Shown: one piece after another, positions 1 to 8,694 of the stretch
Layout: the number at the start of each line of letters is the position of its first letter
How positions within the stretch are numbered: the stretch's first letter is position 1
Source: an archaeon
GTDB lineage: Archaea; Iainarchaeota; Iainarchaeia; Iainarchaeales; Iainarchaeaceae
Assembly: GCA_038046625.1 (NCBI GenBank)
Contig: JBBSVV010000014.1
Location: 1 to 20,945 of the forward strand
Length of the DNA: 20,945 nucleotides
Direction of reading: 5' to 3'
The notes under the pieces: model-generated
What the model saw: only the letters and a program-made list of their open reading frames with translations
What the model was told of the DNA's origin: nothing
Database searches by the model: none
Made by a program: the position numbers and the translations under genes

Positions 1-36
1 AGCCTATTATTACGCTTTGGTTTATTTCTAAAAATG

Positions 37-429
37 CTACGGTTGTTTTCTAGGCCTGGCTTTTGGCGGCACTTCAAATAAACGAGGGTTTTCCCTTCGC
101 CTCTCAATTGCCGGCCTCTCATTAACCTGGCTTGGTTTCGGAATTTTGAGAACATTGGGCCCACGATGGCCGGGCAGCCTTATTGCCCTTCCATACATTT
201 TGGCACGTGCTTTCCCGCGCGCAGAAAGCTTGGTGCCGGCATTCCAAAGCTTGTTGCTTGTTTTGCGTAAGCCCATCGTATCAGCCAGATTGGCAGCACC
301 CCTGATTGTTCTGCCTGCCGCCCTCATTCCAGCCCCTTGAGCTGCCTGAAGCTGCACTCTGCTTCCCCGCAGGAACCATGAATTTTTTAGAGACCTTGCG
401 CTTCTGTTAACCGGTTTTCTCGGAGCCAA
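37..429 (-). CDS. Highly basic hypothetical protein (130 aa)
   Basis: TTG start preceded by a GGTGAT RBS (435-440 on the - strand). 32 K/R versus 5 D/E by manual count. No recognisable family. Confidence 0.6.
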   Translation of the reverse strand: MAPRKPVNRSARSLKNSWFLRGSRVQLQAAQGAGMRAAGRTIRGAANLADTMGLRKTSNKLWNAGTKLSARGKARAKMYGRAIRLPGHRGPNVLKIPKPSQVNERPAIERRRENPRLFEVPPKARPRKQP

Positions 430-500
430 AATAAATCACCTAGCATTAATTTCAACCGCTCGAACGAATATTAAGCTTTGCCTCACCGTCGTTATGTAGC

Positions 501-1190
501 TTAATTCGGGTTTGGTGTTTTTTGCACCGCGTTTTTTTCGTGTTCTTTTTTGTGCATCGCGTAGTCCGCACCGGTCTTGAGCGCCATGAATAGCACGAGC
601 GTGGCCTTTTCCGCGAATTCGGGTATTATGCCGATGAAGATTCCGCCGAGGATTATGGTTATGTGCATGGGCAAAATCCTTTTGTAGGGCTCTGCGAATG
701 CGTCTTGCACGGTCTGCCTCTCGTTCCTCCAGAGGTAATTGTGCACGAAGGAGTAGAAGTGCAATATGAAGAAAGCCGCACCCATGAAAGCTATTCCCAA
801 TGCGTCCACATTGCCCATGCCGACTCCGGTTCCATCGAGCCCGTATAAAGTGAAAATCAGGAGGAAAACCATGTAACCGAAGTGGAACCCGCCGTAGTGT
901 ACCGCGAAGAAGCATGCGGAAAAAATCTTCGAAATTACTCCGAAAAGTTTTTTGAGCTGGTTTTCCCCTTTAATCAGTCCATCGACGGTTGGCGGAATTA
1001 TTTCGCGGGCCAAAAGTATTTTGAATACCGTGAAGAACCCGATGATTACGCTTTGTAGCCAGTAACCCCACATTATTGTGAGCAGGCCCCAGTTGAAAAT
1101 GAGCGCTGCAATTATTGTGGCGATGTTGGTTGCTATGAGGAAGAGCGCAGATGAATCATTTTCCCGGAACGGGTTTTTGGGCAGGTTCAT
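501..1190 (-). CDS. DUF6498-family integral membrane protein
   Basis: Several hydrophobic segments. Motifs NW..LTIMWGYWLQSVIIGFF, FFAVHYGGF and EPYKRILPMHITIILG are typical of DUF6498. Confidence 0.8.
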   Translation of the reverse strand: MNLPKNPFRENDSSALFLIATNIATIIAALIFNWGLLTIMWGYWLQSVIIGFFTVFKILLAREIIPPTVDGLIKGENQLKKLFGVISKIFSACFFAVHYGGFHFGYMVFLLIFTLYGLDGTGVGMGNVDALGIAFMGAAFFILHFYSFVHNYLWRNERQTVQDAFAEPYKRILPMHITIILGGIFIGIIPEFAEKATLVLFMALKTGADYAMHKKEHEKNAVQKTPNPN

Positions 1191-1357
1191 TAATGGGTTA
1201 TTGCTTTGTGGAATAAATTTGTTTGTGCGTAGCCTGAAGGGGCGCCGGACAGTTTTTTTTCAGGAAAAATTGAATGCCGTGTTTTTCCGGGGTCGGCTTT
1301 CGGCAAAACAGTTAAGTTTTTTATTTAGGGAGCCCTTATTTCCATGGTTCGGTTTTT

Positions 1358-4300
1358 GTGGTTTCTGCATTTCGGGGGCAAGGAGGCCTGGAGTATCTTT
1401 TGCTTATAGGCGGGGCTTTGCTTGTCGTTGTGTTTGCGATTTTTTTTTACTTCGGGTTGAACCAGTCTTCAACGCAGGGCGTTGAGTCGTCTGTATGCCG
1501 TTATGGGCAGCTTGTCGGCGGCACGGATTCAAGTTGCATTGCGTGTTCTGCTGAAATTCCGTGCCTTGGCTCGGAGAGTTGTGTGGGTGGATTTTGCTGC
1601 ATGGTTGCGTGTTTTTCGGATGCCGAATGTTATGATGGCAATTTGGAAACCGTTGATTCGTGCATGAATGCGGGCGCATGCAATTCCCGCTGTACATATG
1701 CCCCGTTGCCTGATGAAGGCGGCGGAGGCGGGATAGACCCCGGGCTAAATGATGGCGGCGGGTCTCTTGGTTGTGATGCCATTGAACAGTTTTTCGGCCG
1801 GTGCCTTGCTGATGTTTGTGATGGGCAAACCGGCAATGCGTGGCAGTGTTCGATTGCGCAGGAATGTTACAGAATGAGAATTCACACACAGAACCTCGGG
1901 GATGACTGGCATCTTGCGTGCGGCGGAGACGGCAGCGGAGGCGACTCTGGCGGAAGCGGGGGCAACGGCGGAGGGAACACCGATAATAATGGGACACTGC
2001 CTCCGGACAGGAATGGCACATTGCCTCCGGACACCAACAGAACTATTCCGGACACGAACAATACTGTTCCTCCGCAGGGGCAGCAGGACGTGATTGCGGG
2101 CTTGGAGGCTTACGGGAATTTTATTTCCGGCGGCGTTACCCTGGAACTCAAGACTTTGAACAACAAGGAAACAGCGAAATTGTTTGTGGGGGCGGGCGGC
2201 TCGGGTTCGTACAAGGAAGCCACTCCTTTCGTGAGGTTTGATGCTTCGCATTTGGCATCGAGCCTTTTCAATCTCAATGGGAACACGAATTATGATGTGA
2301 AGGTGCAGGTGTTCGATGCGAACGGGAATTTCCTGGATGAGGAAACAGCTTCCTTGAAAACAAAACCTGAGTGGAGCCTTCCGAATGCGCAACGAACTGT
2401 TGTTGTTTCGAATGATGCGGAGCTCGCTTCGGCTTTGAGCGGTTTGCAGGCCGGAGACAGGGTTTTGTTGAGGCCTGGAACCTATACTGGTTTTTCTGTT
2501 TCTGGAAAAGTGTTTTCAGGTTCCGGAAGGGCTGTCATAATGAGTTATGATTTGCTTGACCGCGCACTCATAAAGGGAAACGTTAATGTGAGCAGGTCTT
2601 CTTACATTACGATTTACGGTTTGAATGTGGAGTCAGCCGGGCCTGTAAGTATACGCGGGGGCAATTACATTGAGGTTGTCGGCAACAGGTTAACGGATTA
2701 TGCGGGCGCTCCTGAAGGCGAGGCGCTGATTTTCATCCAGCATTCCGATGAGTCCCCTTTGGGGAGGACAATTGGCGGCAACCTTGTTATGGGCAATTTG
2801 ATTGCGGATTTGGACCACGGGCCTTTCCTTAATGTGGCTGGCGCCGAGAGGCAGACGTATTATGGGATAAAGCAGAACTACACTGTCGGCGGTTACACTA
2901 CTTTCAGGAATAATTTGATTACCGGCGTTGCTGACGGAATTGCTCCTGGCGGAGACGAGGGAATGTCGCCTCTGGTTGGCTTGAAGGATGACGATGTCCT
3001 GAATACTTGGCCGAACCGCGAGATGGACATTTATGACAACATCATTCACACGGTTTCCGATGACGCAATTGAAATGGACGGGCACACGGCCAATGCAAGG
3101 ATATTCAATAATTTGATTGCGAACGCGGTTAATCCCATGACTTTCGCGCCGGCTTATCCCGGGCCTTATTTTGCGGTGCGCAACCACGCGAATGCGTACA
3201 TTGAAAGCGCCGTCAAGCTGAACACGAATGTTAACGGCGAAACAAGGAACGTGCTTTATTTCCACAATTCTTTCAAGAAGGGAACCAGCGATTGGTGGAC
3301 CAACTCCGCGATATATTTCGATATTGCGGCGCGGAACCGCGATGTCACTTTGAGGTCCAATATCATTGAGGCGATTGGCGATGACCAGCTTATTGGCGCC
3401 TGGACCCCTACCAATTCTCCGTGCGAGCGCTATCACATGAACCATGATTATGACAATGATTTGTGGTGGACTCCGCGCACAGCAAATATTTTGAGATGGG
3501 CGTATGCGGGAGAGCAGAGCATGCAGTGCTTTAACACTTTCGCGCAGTTCCAGGCATGGACTGCGCACCCAACAACTCCAACAGACAGGCTTTGGTCAAG
3601 GTGCAGCGTAGCTCCCCCGACCAATCCGCCACTGCAGTTCGATTGCCCCGACCAGAGAATTATTCCGCAGGAGCCAAATGGTTTCTTTGCCGAGCCGCAG
3701 ATGAGTGAAATTCCGGTTCCCGGTTTCCCTGCCGGTTCTGGAGTTGCATTCATGGTTCCTGATTCCGGGAGCCCCGCCATAAACACCGGAATCGCAATGC
3801 CCGGCATTACGGATTCTTTTTCTGGTTCTGCCCCGGACATAGGCGCATTTGAAAGGGGCCTCGATTCGCAGGCGCCTTCGGTTCCCTCACTGCCCGAGGC
3901 CAAGGCGGTTGCTTCGACAAGGGTTGCGCTGAAGTGGGGCGCTTCTATTGACAACCAGCGCGTGCTCGGTTATGTTGTTTACAGGAATGGTTCCGCAATC
4001 GGTTTTTCGACGGGCACTTATTTCCTTGACACCGGGCTCGGCGGAGGCTCTGATTTGGTGTACGCAGTTTCAGCTTATGACATTTACGGGAATGAATCCG
4101 CAAAATCACCAAGCGCGAGCGCTTCGACCGTATCGAACACGCCGCCTTCGCTCACATCAATCGGGAACCAGGGCATTTATGAGGGCCAGACTCTTAATCT
4201 GCAGCTTTCCGCTTCTGACCCTGACATTGACGACAAATTAACTTACTCGGTTTCTGGTGCACCTTCGGGGTCTTCGTTTGACGTGAATTCAGGATTGTTT

Positions 4301-5116
4301 TCGTGGACTCCTTCAACTACCTCTGCAGGAACGTATCCAATGGCATTTTCGGTTGCTGATTCGAGCGGTGGAACCGATTCGGAAAATATTGTCGTGACAG
4401 TTCTTGCCGTTGATGAATCAAAGCTCGTGAAAGTGAAGCTGCAGTACGGCCAGCCTGTGCCTGAGTGGGGCATCTCGAATTACACGGGCATGAAGGACGC
4501 CAGCCTTAATTCCGATTATGCGAACGCGGGTTATTATGAGCGCGGTTCCGCAGATGCAATGGGTTACAGGCATCTTGCGGATGCGGGAATCTACTGGTTT
4601 GATGTTTCAAATCTTCCCGCGAACGCAAAGGTGATTGACGCTCATTTGCAGCTTTCTTCGGTTTCCGCGTCCTTTGATGAGGCTGGCGGCCTCCCGATTT
4701 TCCTCGCGCAGACGCTTCCCCCTAATGATTCAATCACGTGGGTTGAGGGTTCCGGGACAGGGTATTATGACCAGTACGGCGGAACCTCGTGGCTCAAGAA
4801 GGATAATGTTTCAGGTTCACAGCCGCGATATCCGTGGTCAAACCTTGCCGGGGAATTCGGGACCGGGGATCTTGCCTCAACCTATTCGGGAGCCGCAGTT
4901 GCGCAGATGCGTCTTGAAAAGCCTGTTGGGGATTACAATTCCGGCAACCTCGCTGCCGCAATCCAGCAGATAATCGGCGCGGGCAACAGGTATGAGGGCT
5001 TTGTGATTGAGAGGCGCGCGGCTTCTGGTTCGGTGCGCAAGGATGCGATGGCGGCAAAGGAATTTTCCGACATCACAAAGAGGCCGGCGCTTTACATAGC
5101 CTATGAGGGCCCTTGA
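1358..5116 (+). CDS. Giant class III signal peptide surface protein: Cys-rich module, right-handed beta-helix (polysaccharide lyase-like), FN3, Ig-like and DNRLRE-like domains
   Basis: N-terminal RG/QGGLEYLLLIGG plus a hydrophobic helix. Beta-helix entry AELASALSGLQAGDRVLLRPGTY and DDAIEMDG. GSPAINTG...APDIGAFE cap. FN3 WGASIDN..GYVVYRNG..YAVSAYD..GNES. Ig repeat ASDPD..LTYS..GLFSWTP. C-terminal FDVSNLPANAKVIDAHLQL...RPALYIAY. Confidence 0.8.
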   Translation: MVSAFRGQGGLEYLLLIGGALLVVVFAIFFYFGLNQSSTQGVESSVCRYGQLVGGTDSSCIACSAEIPCLGSESCVGGFCCMVACFSDAECYDGNLETVDSCMNAGACNSRCTYAPLPDEGGGGGIDPGLNDGGGSLGCDAIEQFFGRCLADVCDGQTGNAWQCSIAQECYRMRIHTQNLGDDWHLACGGDGSGGDSGGSGGNGGGNTDNNGTLPPDRNGTLPPDTNRTIPDTNNTVPPQGQQDVIAGLEAYGNFISGGVTLELKTLNNKETAKLFVGAGGSGSYKEATPFVRFDASHLASSLFNLNGNTNYDVKVQVFDANGNFLDEETASLKTKPEWSLPNAQRTVVVSNDAELASALSGLQAGDRVLLRPGTYTGFSVSGKVFSGSGRAVIMSYDLLDRALIKGNVNVSRSSYITIYGLNVESAGPVSIRGGNYIEVVGNRLTDYAGAPEGEALIFIQHSDESPLGRTIGGNLVMGNLIADLDHGPFLNVAGAERQTYYGIKQNYTVGGYTTFRNNLITGVADGIAPGGDEGMSPLVGLKDDDVLNTWPNREMDIYDNIIHTVSDDAIEMDGHTANARIFNNLIANAVNPMTFAPAYPGPYFAVRNHANAYIESAVKLNTNVNGETRNVLYFHNSFKKGTSDWWTNSAIYFDIAARNRDVTLRSNIIEAIGDDQLIGAWTPTNSPCERYHMNHDYDNDLWWTPRTANILRWAYAGEQSMQCFNTFAQFQAWTAHPTTPTDRLWSRCSVAPPTNPPLQFDCPDQRIIPQEPNGFFAEPQMSEIPVPGFPAGSGVAFMVPDSGSPAINTGIAMPGITDSFSGSAPDIGAFERGLDSQAPSVPSLPEAKAVASTRVALKWGASIDNQRVLGYVVYRNGSAIGFSTGTYFLDTGLGGGSDLVYAVSAYDIYGNESAKSPSASASTVSNTPPSLTSIGNQGIYEGQTLNLQLSASDPDIDDKLTYSVSGAPSGSSFDVNSGLFSWTPSTTSAGTYPMAFSVADSSGGTDSENIVVTVLAVDESKLVKVKLQYGQPVPEWGISNYTGMKDASLNSDYANAGYYERGSADAMGYRHLADAGIYWFDVSNLPANAKVIDAHLQLSSVSASFDEAGGLPIFLAQTLPPNDSITWVEGSGTGYYDQYGGTSWLKKDNVSGSQPRYPWSNLAGEFGTGDLASTYSGAAVAQMRLEKPVGDYNSGNLAAAIQQIIGAGNRYEGFVIERRAASGSVRKDAMAAKEFSDITKRPALYIAYEGP
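1988..2074 (+). repeat. In-frame degenerate tandem repeat (21-24 bp units) encoding an N-x-T/Pro-rich linker
   Basis: aatgggacactgcctccggacagg / aatggcacattgcctccggacacc / aacagaactattccggacacg / aacaatactgttcctccg, encoding NGTLPPDR NGTLPPDT NRTIPDT NNTVPP. Confidence 0.85.
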
Positions 5117-5138
5117 AAAGGCGGAAACTGAATTTTGT

Positions 5139-5795
5139 TCAGCGTTTTAGGAAATCCATTATTTTTTGGGTTAGTTCCGGTTTTGCCGCGAGCATGCTCA
5201 CGCCATGGCCCGCATTCTCAAGCAGGATTAAGGACGAGTTTTTTCCTATGAGGCGCACCAGCATCTGCGAACTCTCTGCACTGTAACGGTCTTCCGAGGA
5301 CGCGATTATGAGGCATGGCTTCCTGATTTTTGAAGCGATTGATTCGGTGTCGATTCCGAAGTAGTCCAGGCCGGGGCTGAGGGCAACGGCTTTTTTTGCG
5401 CTTCCTGAAGCAAGTTCGTTCAATGCTAGGTTTGCGCCGATGGAAGAGCCAATGGCAAAAATTTCGGTTTTTTCGTTTTCCTGCAGGAATTTTTTCGCGG
5501 CATTGATGTCGTTCATCATTGCGGGCCAGTAATCATTTTCTGAAAAATTCTGGTAATTGAGTGCAATGGTTTTTCCCGTGCGCACATCCTTTTTGGAAAC
5601 GCTTTCCCCGTAGCCGCGCAGGTCTATTGCAAGCGAGGCAAAATTGTTTGCGTTGAGCTCTTGCGCGAATTTTTGCCACGATTCTTTTGACATCCTGTTC
5701 TGGTGGAGCAGAAGCACGGCCTTTTCTCCGGCGCATTCGAAGTAGTTGGCCTTTATTTCCACTCCGTCTTTTGCTGCAAACGAGACTTTTTGCAT
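5139..5795 (-). CDS. Alpha/beta-fold hydrolase
   Basis: IDLRGYGES, nucleophile elbow GSSIGA, candidate Asp in SSEDRY and His in AGHG. ATG at 5795 is preferred over GTG at 5804 because GGTG lies upstream. Confidence 0.85.
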   Translation of the reverse strand: MQKVSFAAKDGVEIKANYFECAGEKAVLLLHQNRMSKESWQKFAQELNANNFASLAIDLRGYGESVSKKDVRTGKTIALNYQNFSENDYWPAMMNDINAAKKFLQENEKTEIFAIGSSIGANLALNELASGSAKKAVALSPGLDYFGIDTESIASKIRKPCLIIASSEDRYSAESSQMLVRLIGKNSSLILLENAGHGVSMLAAKPELTQKIMDFLKR

Positions 5796-5840
5796 CAGTG
5801 GCACCAGTGTAAAAGAATCGACCTGTAAATCCGTAAAATA

Positions 5841-5957
5841 TTATGCTTTGTGGGTTCCCGCCTTTTTTTCGAGCGCGTGGTTCATGAGGTGGTTCTTCAT
5901 GTTGAAACTCTGTATGGTTGTGCCGCATTCCCTGCATTTTTCTTTTTTGATGTTCAT
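5841..5957 (-). CDS. C2H2-type zinc-finger microprotein (38 aa; not in the ORF track)
   Basis: Manual translation gives MNIKKEKCRECGTTIQSFNMKNHLMNHALEKKAGTHKA*, a C-x2-C-x11-H-x3-H motif. It fills the intergenic gap, with AT-rich sequence upstream. Confidence 0.7.
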   Translation of the reverse strand: MNIKKEKCRECGTTIQSFNMKNHLMNHALEKKAGTHKA

Positions 5958-6079
5958 GAGTAACGCCTTTTGTAATACCAATGGCGAAAGCGGTTTTTAT
6001 TACTAACCCAAGATTAATTATGTAGAATAATTTACTTCGCAAGACGTTTTTATTTGTAAATGCCGTTATTCAAAACAAC

Positions 6080-8689
6080 ATGGGAGAATTCACTATTGGT
6101 TTGCGGGCACAGGGCAGCCTCGAGTATTTGCTTATTGTCGGCGTGGGCCTGATTGTTGCCACAGTCACGTTTTACATGATTACGAATCTAACGAGCCCTT
6201 CCATTTCCCAAACCAACGAGAACCTCTGCACCTACAAGGCGCTTCTCGGAAACCCAGCATTGAACTGCGAGAGGTGCGTTGATACCGGGGTTTGCAGTTC
6301 GGGATTAACCTGCGTTGAAGGGATTTGCTGCGAAGTAAATTGTTCAGGCGATGCCGACTGCAGTGACGGCAATCCGCAAACGGCAGATGTGTGCAGGAAC
6401 CCGGGAACGTGCGCGGCTTTTTGCGGGAATAATCCCGCAACGCTTGATGCTTGCGGCGAGGGCTTTTTCGAAAGCGCGTGCATGTGCGGCTCTACTCCTA
6501 TAGAGGATTCCTACTGCTGCAACGGCTCGCCGAGCGGGAGTGAATGCCAAATAAATCCCGGAGTGTGCAATGGGGGGCAGCCTTTGCCGGAAACCTGCAA
6601 CGGAATTGACGATGACTGTGCTGGGGGCATTGATAATGGGCTGGGCGCGCCTTCATGCCAGCTGCAGCAGGGCGTGTGCGCGGGCTCGAACGAAGCCTGC
6701 GGCGGGGCATCCGGGTGGCAGGCGTGCGGCGCCTCAAGCTACGGTTCAAATTACCAGGCGGTTGAAACCCTGTGCGATAGCCTGGACAACGACTGTGACG
6801 GCACGATAGATAATGGGTGTTCCTGCATAAGCGGGCAGACGCAGAGCTGCGGAAGCAACATAGGGGCTTGTATTCCTGGAACCCAAACGTGCGTTGACGG
6901 GCAATGGGGGGTTTGCGCCGGTGGAGTTGCGCCTGCTTTGGAAATTTGCGACGCCATTGACAATGACTGTGATGGGAGCATTGACAACGGCCTTACTGCG
7001 CCTTCTTGTGCGCTTACTCTCGGGGTTTGCGCGAATTCAACCGAGGTTTGCGGCGCAACTTTAGGGTGGCTCGCGTGCGGCGCCTCATCTTATGGCGCCG
7101 GTTATCAGTCTGTTGAAACGCTTTGCGATTCGCTTGACAATGACTGTGACGGAACAATTGATGAGGGGTGCGGGTGCAGCGACGGAACCTCGATTAATTC
7201 GTGCTCTGCAACAAAGCCGAAGTACTGCAGCGTTTCAGCAGTTCTTGTGGATAATTGCTCCGTTTGCGGCTGCGCTTCAGGGGAAGCGTGCAATGCAAAT
7301 GGTTCCTGCTCTGTTCCACAGGACGCTTCGGCGCCCTCAATTTCTAATTTTTCTTTGGTTCCTTCGAATGCCCAGCAGAACCAATTGGTTACGTTCAAGG
7401 TCACGGTTACGGATGCGCAGAGCGGAGTGAATTCCAATTCAATAATTTTCAAATTGAAGGCGCCGGGCTCGGGCACCTCCGTGAACGAGAGCATCGTGTT
7501 TTATGATGACGGAATTCACGGCGATGGCGCGGCAAACGACGGGGTTTATGCGGCGACAAAAAATTCCGGCTACGCGGCTGCTGGAACTTATAATTACGAG
7601 TTTTATGCTTCGGACAATGCAGGCAACGAGGGCAGCATTACGGGAACTTTCGGCATTGCCGCGGTTCCAGTGCAGGCATGCGCCGAGTTTATCCCGGGCA
7701 ATAATGTTGCGTCTTCGGATGCAAGGATAAATCTGATTGTGACGGGCTGGAATTACCCTGACATGGCTACTTACTTGAGCGACCTTGGCATAATTTATTC
7801 GTGGAACGGCGGCCCTGGTTCTGACGGGGTTTCCTTTGGGTTGTTCCATTACGAGCCGATGCGCTCAGGCAAGAATGCGTTCAACCTCTGGCATGAAACA
7901 ACGCTGAAAACGGAAACGAACGTAAACAACATAAACAACTTAACTGGGCAGGAGTGCCTGGCTTACATACAGGCATTGACCGGAAAATCCACGAAAAATT
8001 ATGTGAGGATTGCGAGGGTTTATTCCGGCGGCGCAAGCATTTCTAGTGCGCAGAGGGCGAGGCCGGCAGTTCTAAGCAGCGTGAACACGAGGATTTACCT
8101 TGATGCCGACCAGTACAACGGAGCGGGCTGGTATATGCTCGGCAGGGCTGTTTCGCACGAGGCGGGGCACGCTATTCTTGGTTATAGTGACGAGTACAGC
8201 GGCGGGTCAGCCGGTTGGCAGGCCATATGGAGGCAGGTTTACACAAATGCCACTTCCCCCGCTTCATTTGCAAGGTATCTGGACAATGGGGAGTGTGCTT
8301 ATATCGCGCCATGGAAGGATTTGATTGGGCAAGGCGCGGGAAGCCTCACAATCGGCTGCGGCTACTCCACACAGGACCAGTTCAGGGCTTCTTCGGACGG
8401 CCTCATGTTTGGTGGCGGGAATTATTTCAGCAAGACGTCTTCGACGGGCGCTGACACTACATTCCTGAACCTTTCCAATTTAAGGTTCGGGTGCACCGCA
8501 ATACAGAAGTTTACAGGGACTGAAGCGGGATATTGCGAATCCCTGTGTCCGGGCCCGCAGAAAGTTAAAATAACCAGTAATGCCAAAAGCCTGTCAGGGT
8601 ATGTTGGCGAGTACCTTTCTGTCCCTGATTACGGAATGTACTTGCTTGGGCAGCAGACAAATCAGGAGTTGGAGTTTTCGTGCGGGTGA
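6080..8689 (+). CDS. Class III signal peptide surface protein: Cys-rich module, MopE-related repeats, choice-of-anchor X-like domain and M64-like zinc metallopeptidase
   Basis: RA/QGSLEYLLIVG N-terminus. Four C-(D/N)xxD(N/D)DC(D/A)GxID(N/E)G motifs. YDDGIHGDGAANDGVY. INLIVTGWNY...LFHYEPMRSGKNAFNLW and HEAGHAILGYSDEY (8156-8197). Confidence 0.8.
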   Translation: MGEFTIGLRAQGSLEYLLIVGVGLIVATVTFYMITNLTSPSISQTNENLCTYKALLGNPALNCERCVDTGVCSSGLTCVEGICCEVNCSGDADCSDGNPQTADVCRNPGTCAAFCGNNPATLDACGEGFFESACMCGSTPIEDSYCCNGSPSGSECQINPGVCNGGQPLPETCNGIDDDCAGGIDNGLGAPSCQLQQGVCAGSNEACGGASGWQACGASSYGSNYQAVETLCDSLDNDCDGTIDNGCSCISGQTQSCGSNIGACIPGTQTCVDGQWGVCAGGVAPALEICDAIDNDCDGSIDNGLTAPSCALTLGVCANSTEVCGATLGWLACGASSYGAGYQSVETLCDSLDNDCDGTIDEGCGCSDGTSINSCSATKPKYCSVSAVLVDNCSVCGCASGEACNANGSCSVPQDASAPSISNFSLVPSNAQQNQLVTFKVTVTDAQSGVNSNSIIFKLKAPGSGTSVNESIVFYDDGIHGDGAANDGVYAATKNSGYAAAGTYNYEFYASDNAGNEGSITGTFGIAAVPVQACAEFIPGNNVASSDARINLIVTGWNYPDMATYLSDLGIIYSWNGGPGSDGVSFGLFHYEPMRSGKNAFNLWHETTLKTETNVNNINNLTGQECLAYIQALTGKSTKNYVRIARVYSGGASISSAQRARPAVLSSVNTRIYLDADQYNGAGWYMLGRAVSHEAGHAILGYSDEYSGGSAGWQAIWRQVYTNATSPASFARYLDNGECAYIAPWKDLIGQGAGSLTIGCGYSTQDQFRASSDGLMFGGGNYFSKTSSTGADTTFLNLSNLRFGCTAIQKFTGTEAGYCESLCPGPQKVKITSNAKSLSGYVGEYLSVPDYGMYLLGQQTNQELEFSCG
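6590..7177 (+). repeat. Intragenic duplication: two ~79-aa Cys-rich units at a 351-bp period
   Basis: Units 6590-6826 and 6941-7177 share IDNGLxAPSC..GVCA..GWxACGASSYGxxYQxVETLCDSLDNDCDGTIDxGCxC. Confidence 0.9.
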
Positions 8690-8694
8690 AACTG

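Noticed and set aside
1256..1269. TTTTTC-AG-GAAAAA palindrome as an operator; also an imperfect hairpin near 9860-9880
   Set aside because: TTTTCC/GGAAAA-like words are frequent throughout the coding sequence, so this looks like compositional bias.
1344..1360. Out-of-frame ATG at 1344 before a T5 run, suggesting a frameshift or phase variation of the giant gene
   Set aside because: GTG 1358 already gives a complete class III leader at a sensible distance from the TTTATTTA box (~1320-1327), and T5 is too short to support slippage.
1988..2074. Short direct repeats as a possible CRISPR array
   Set aside because: They are in frame, degenerate at codon third positions, lack spacers, and no cas genes are present.
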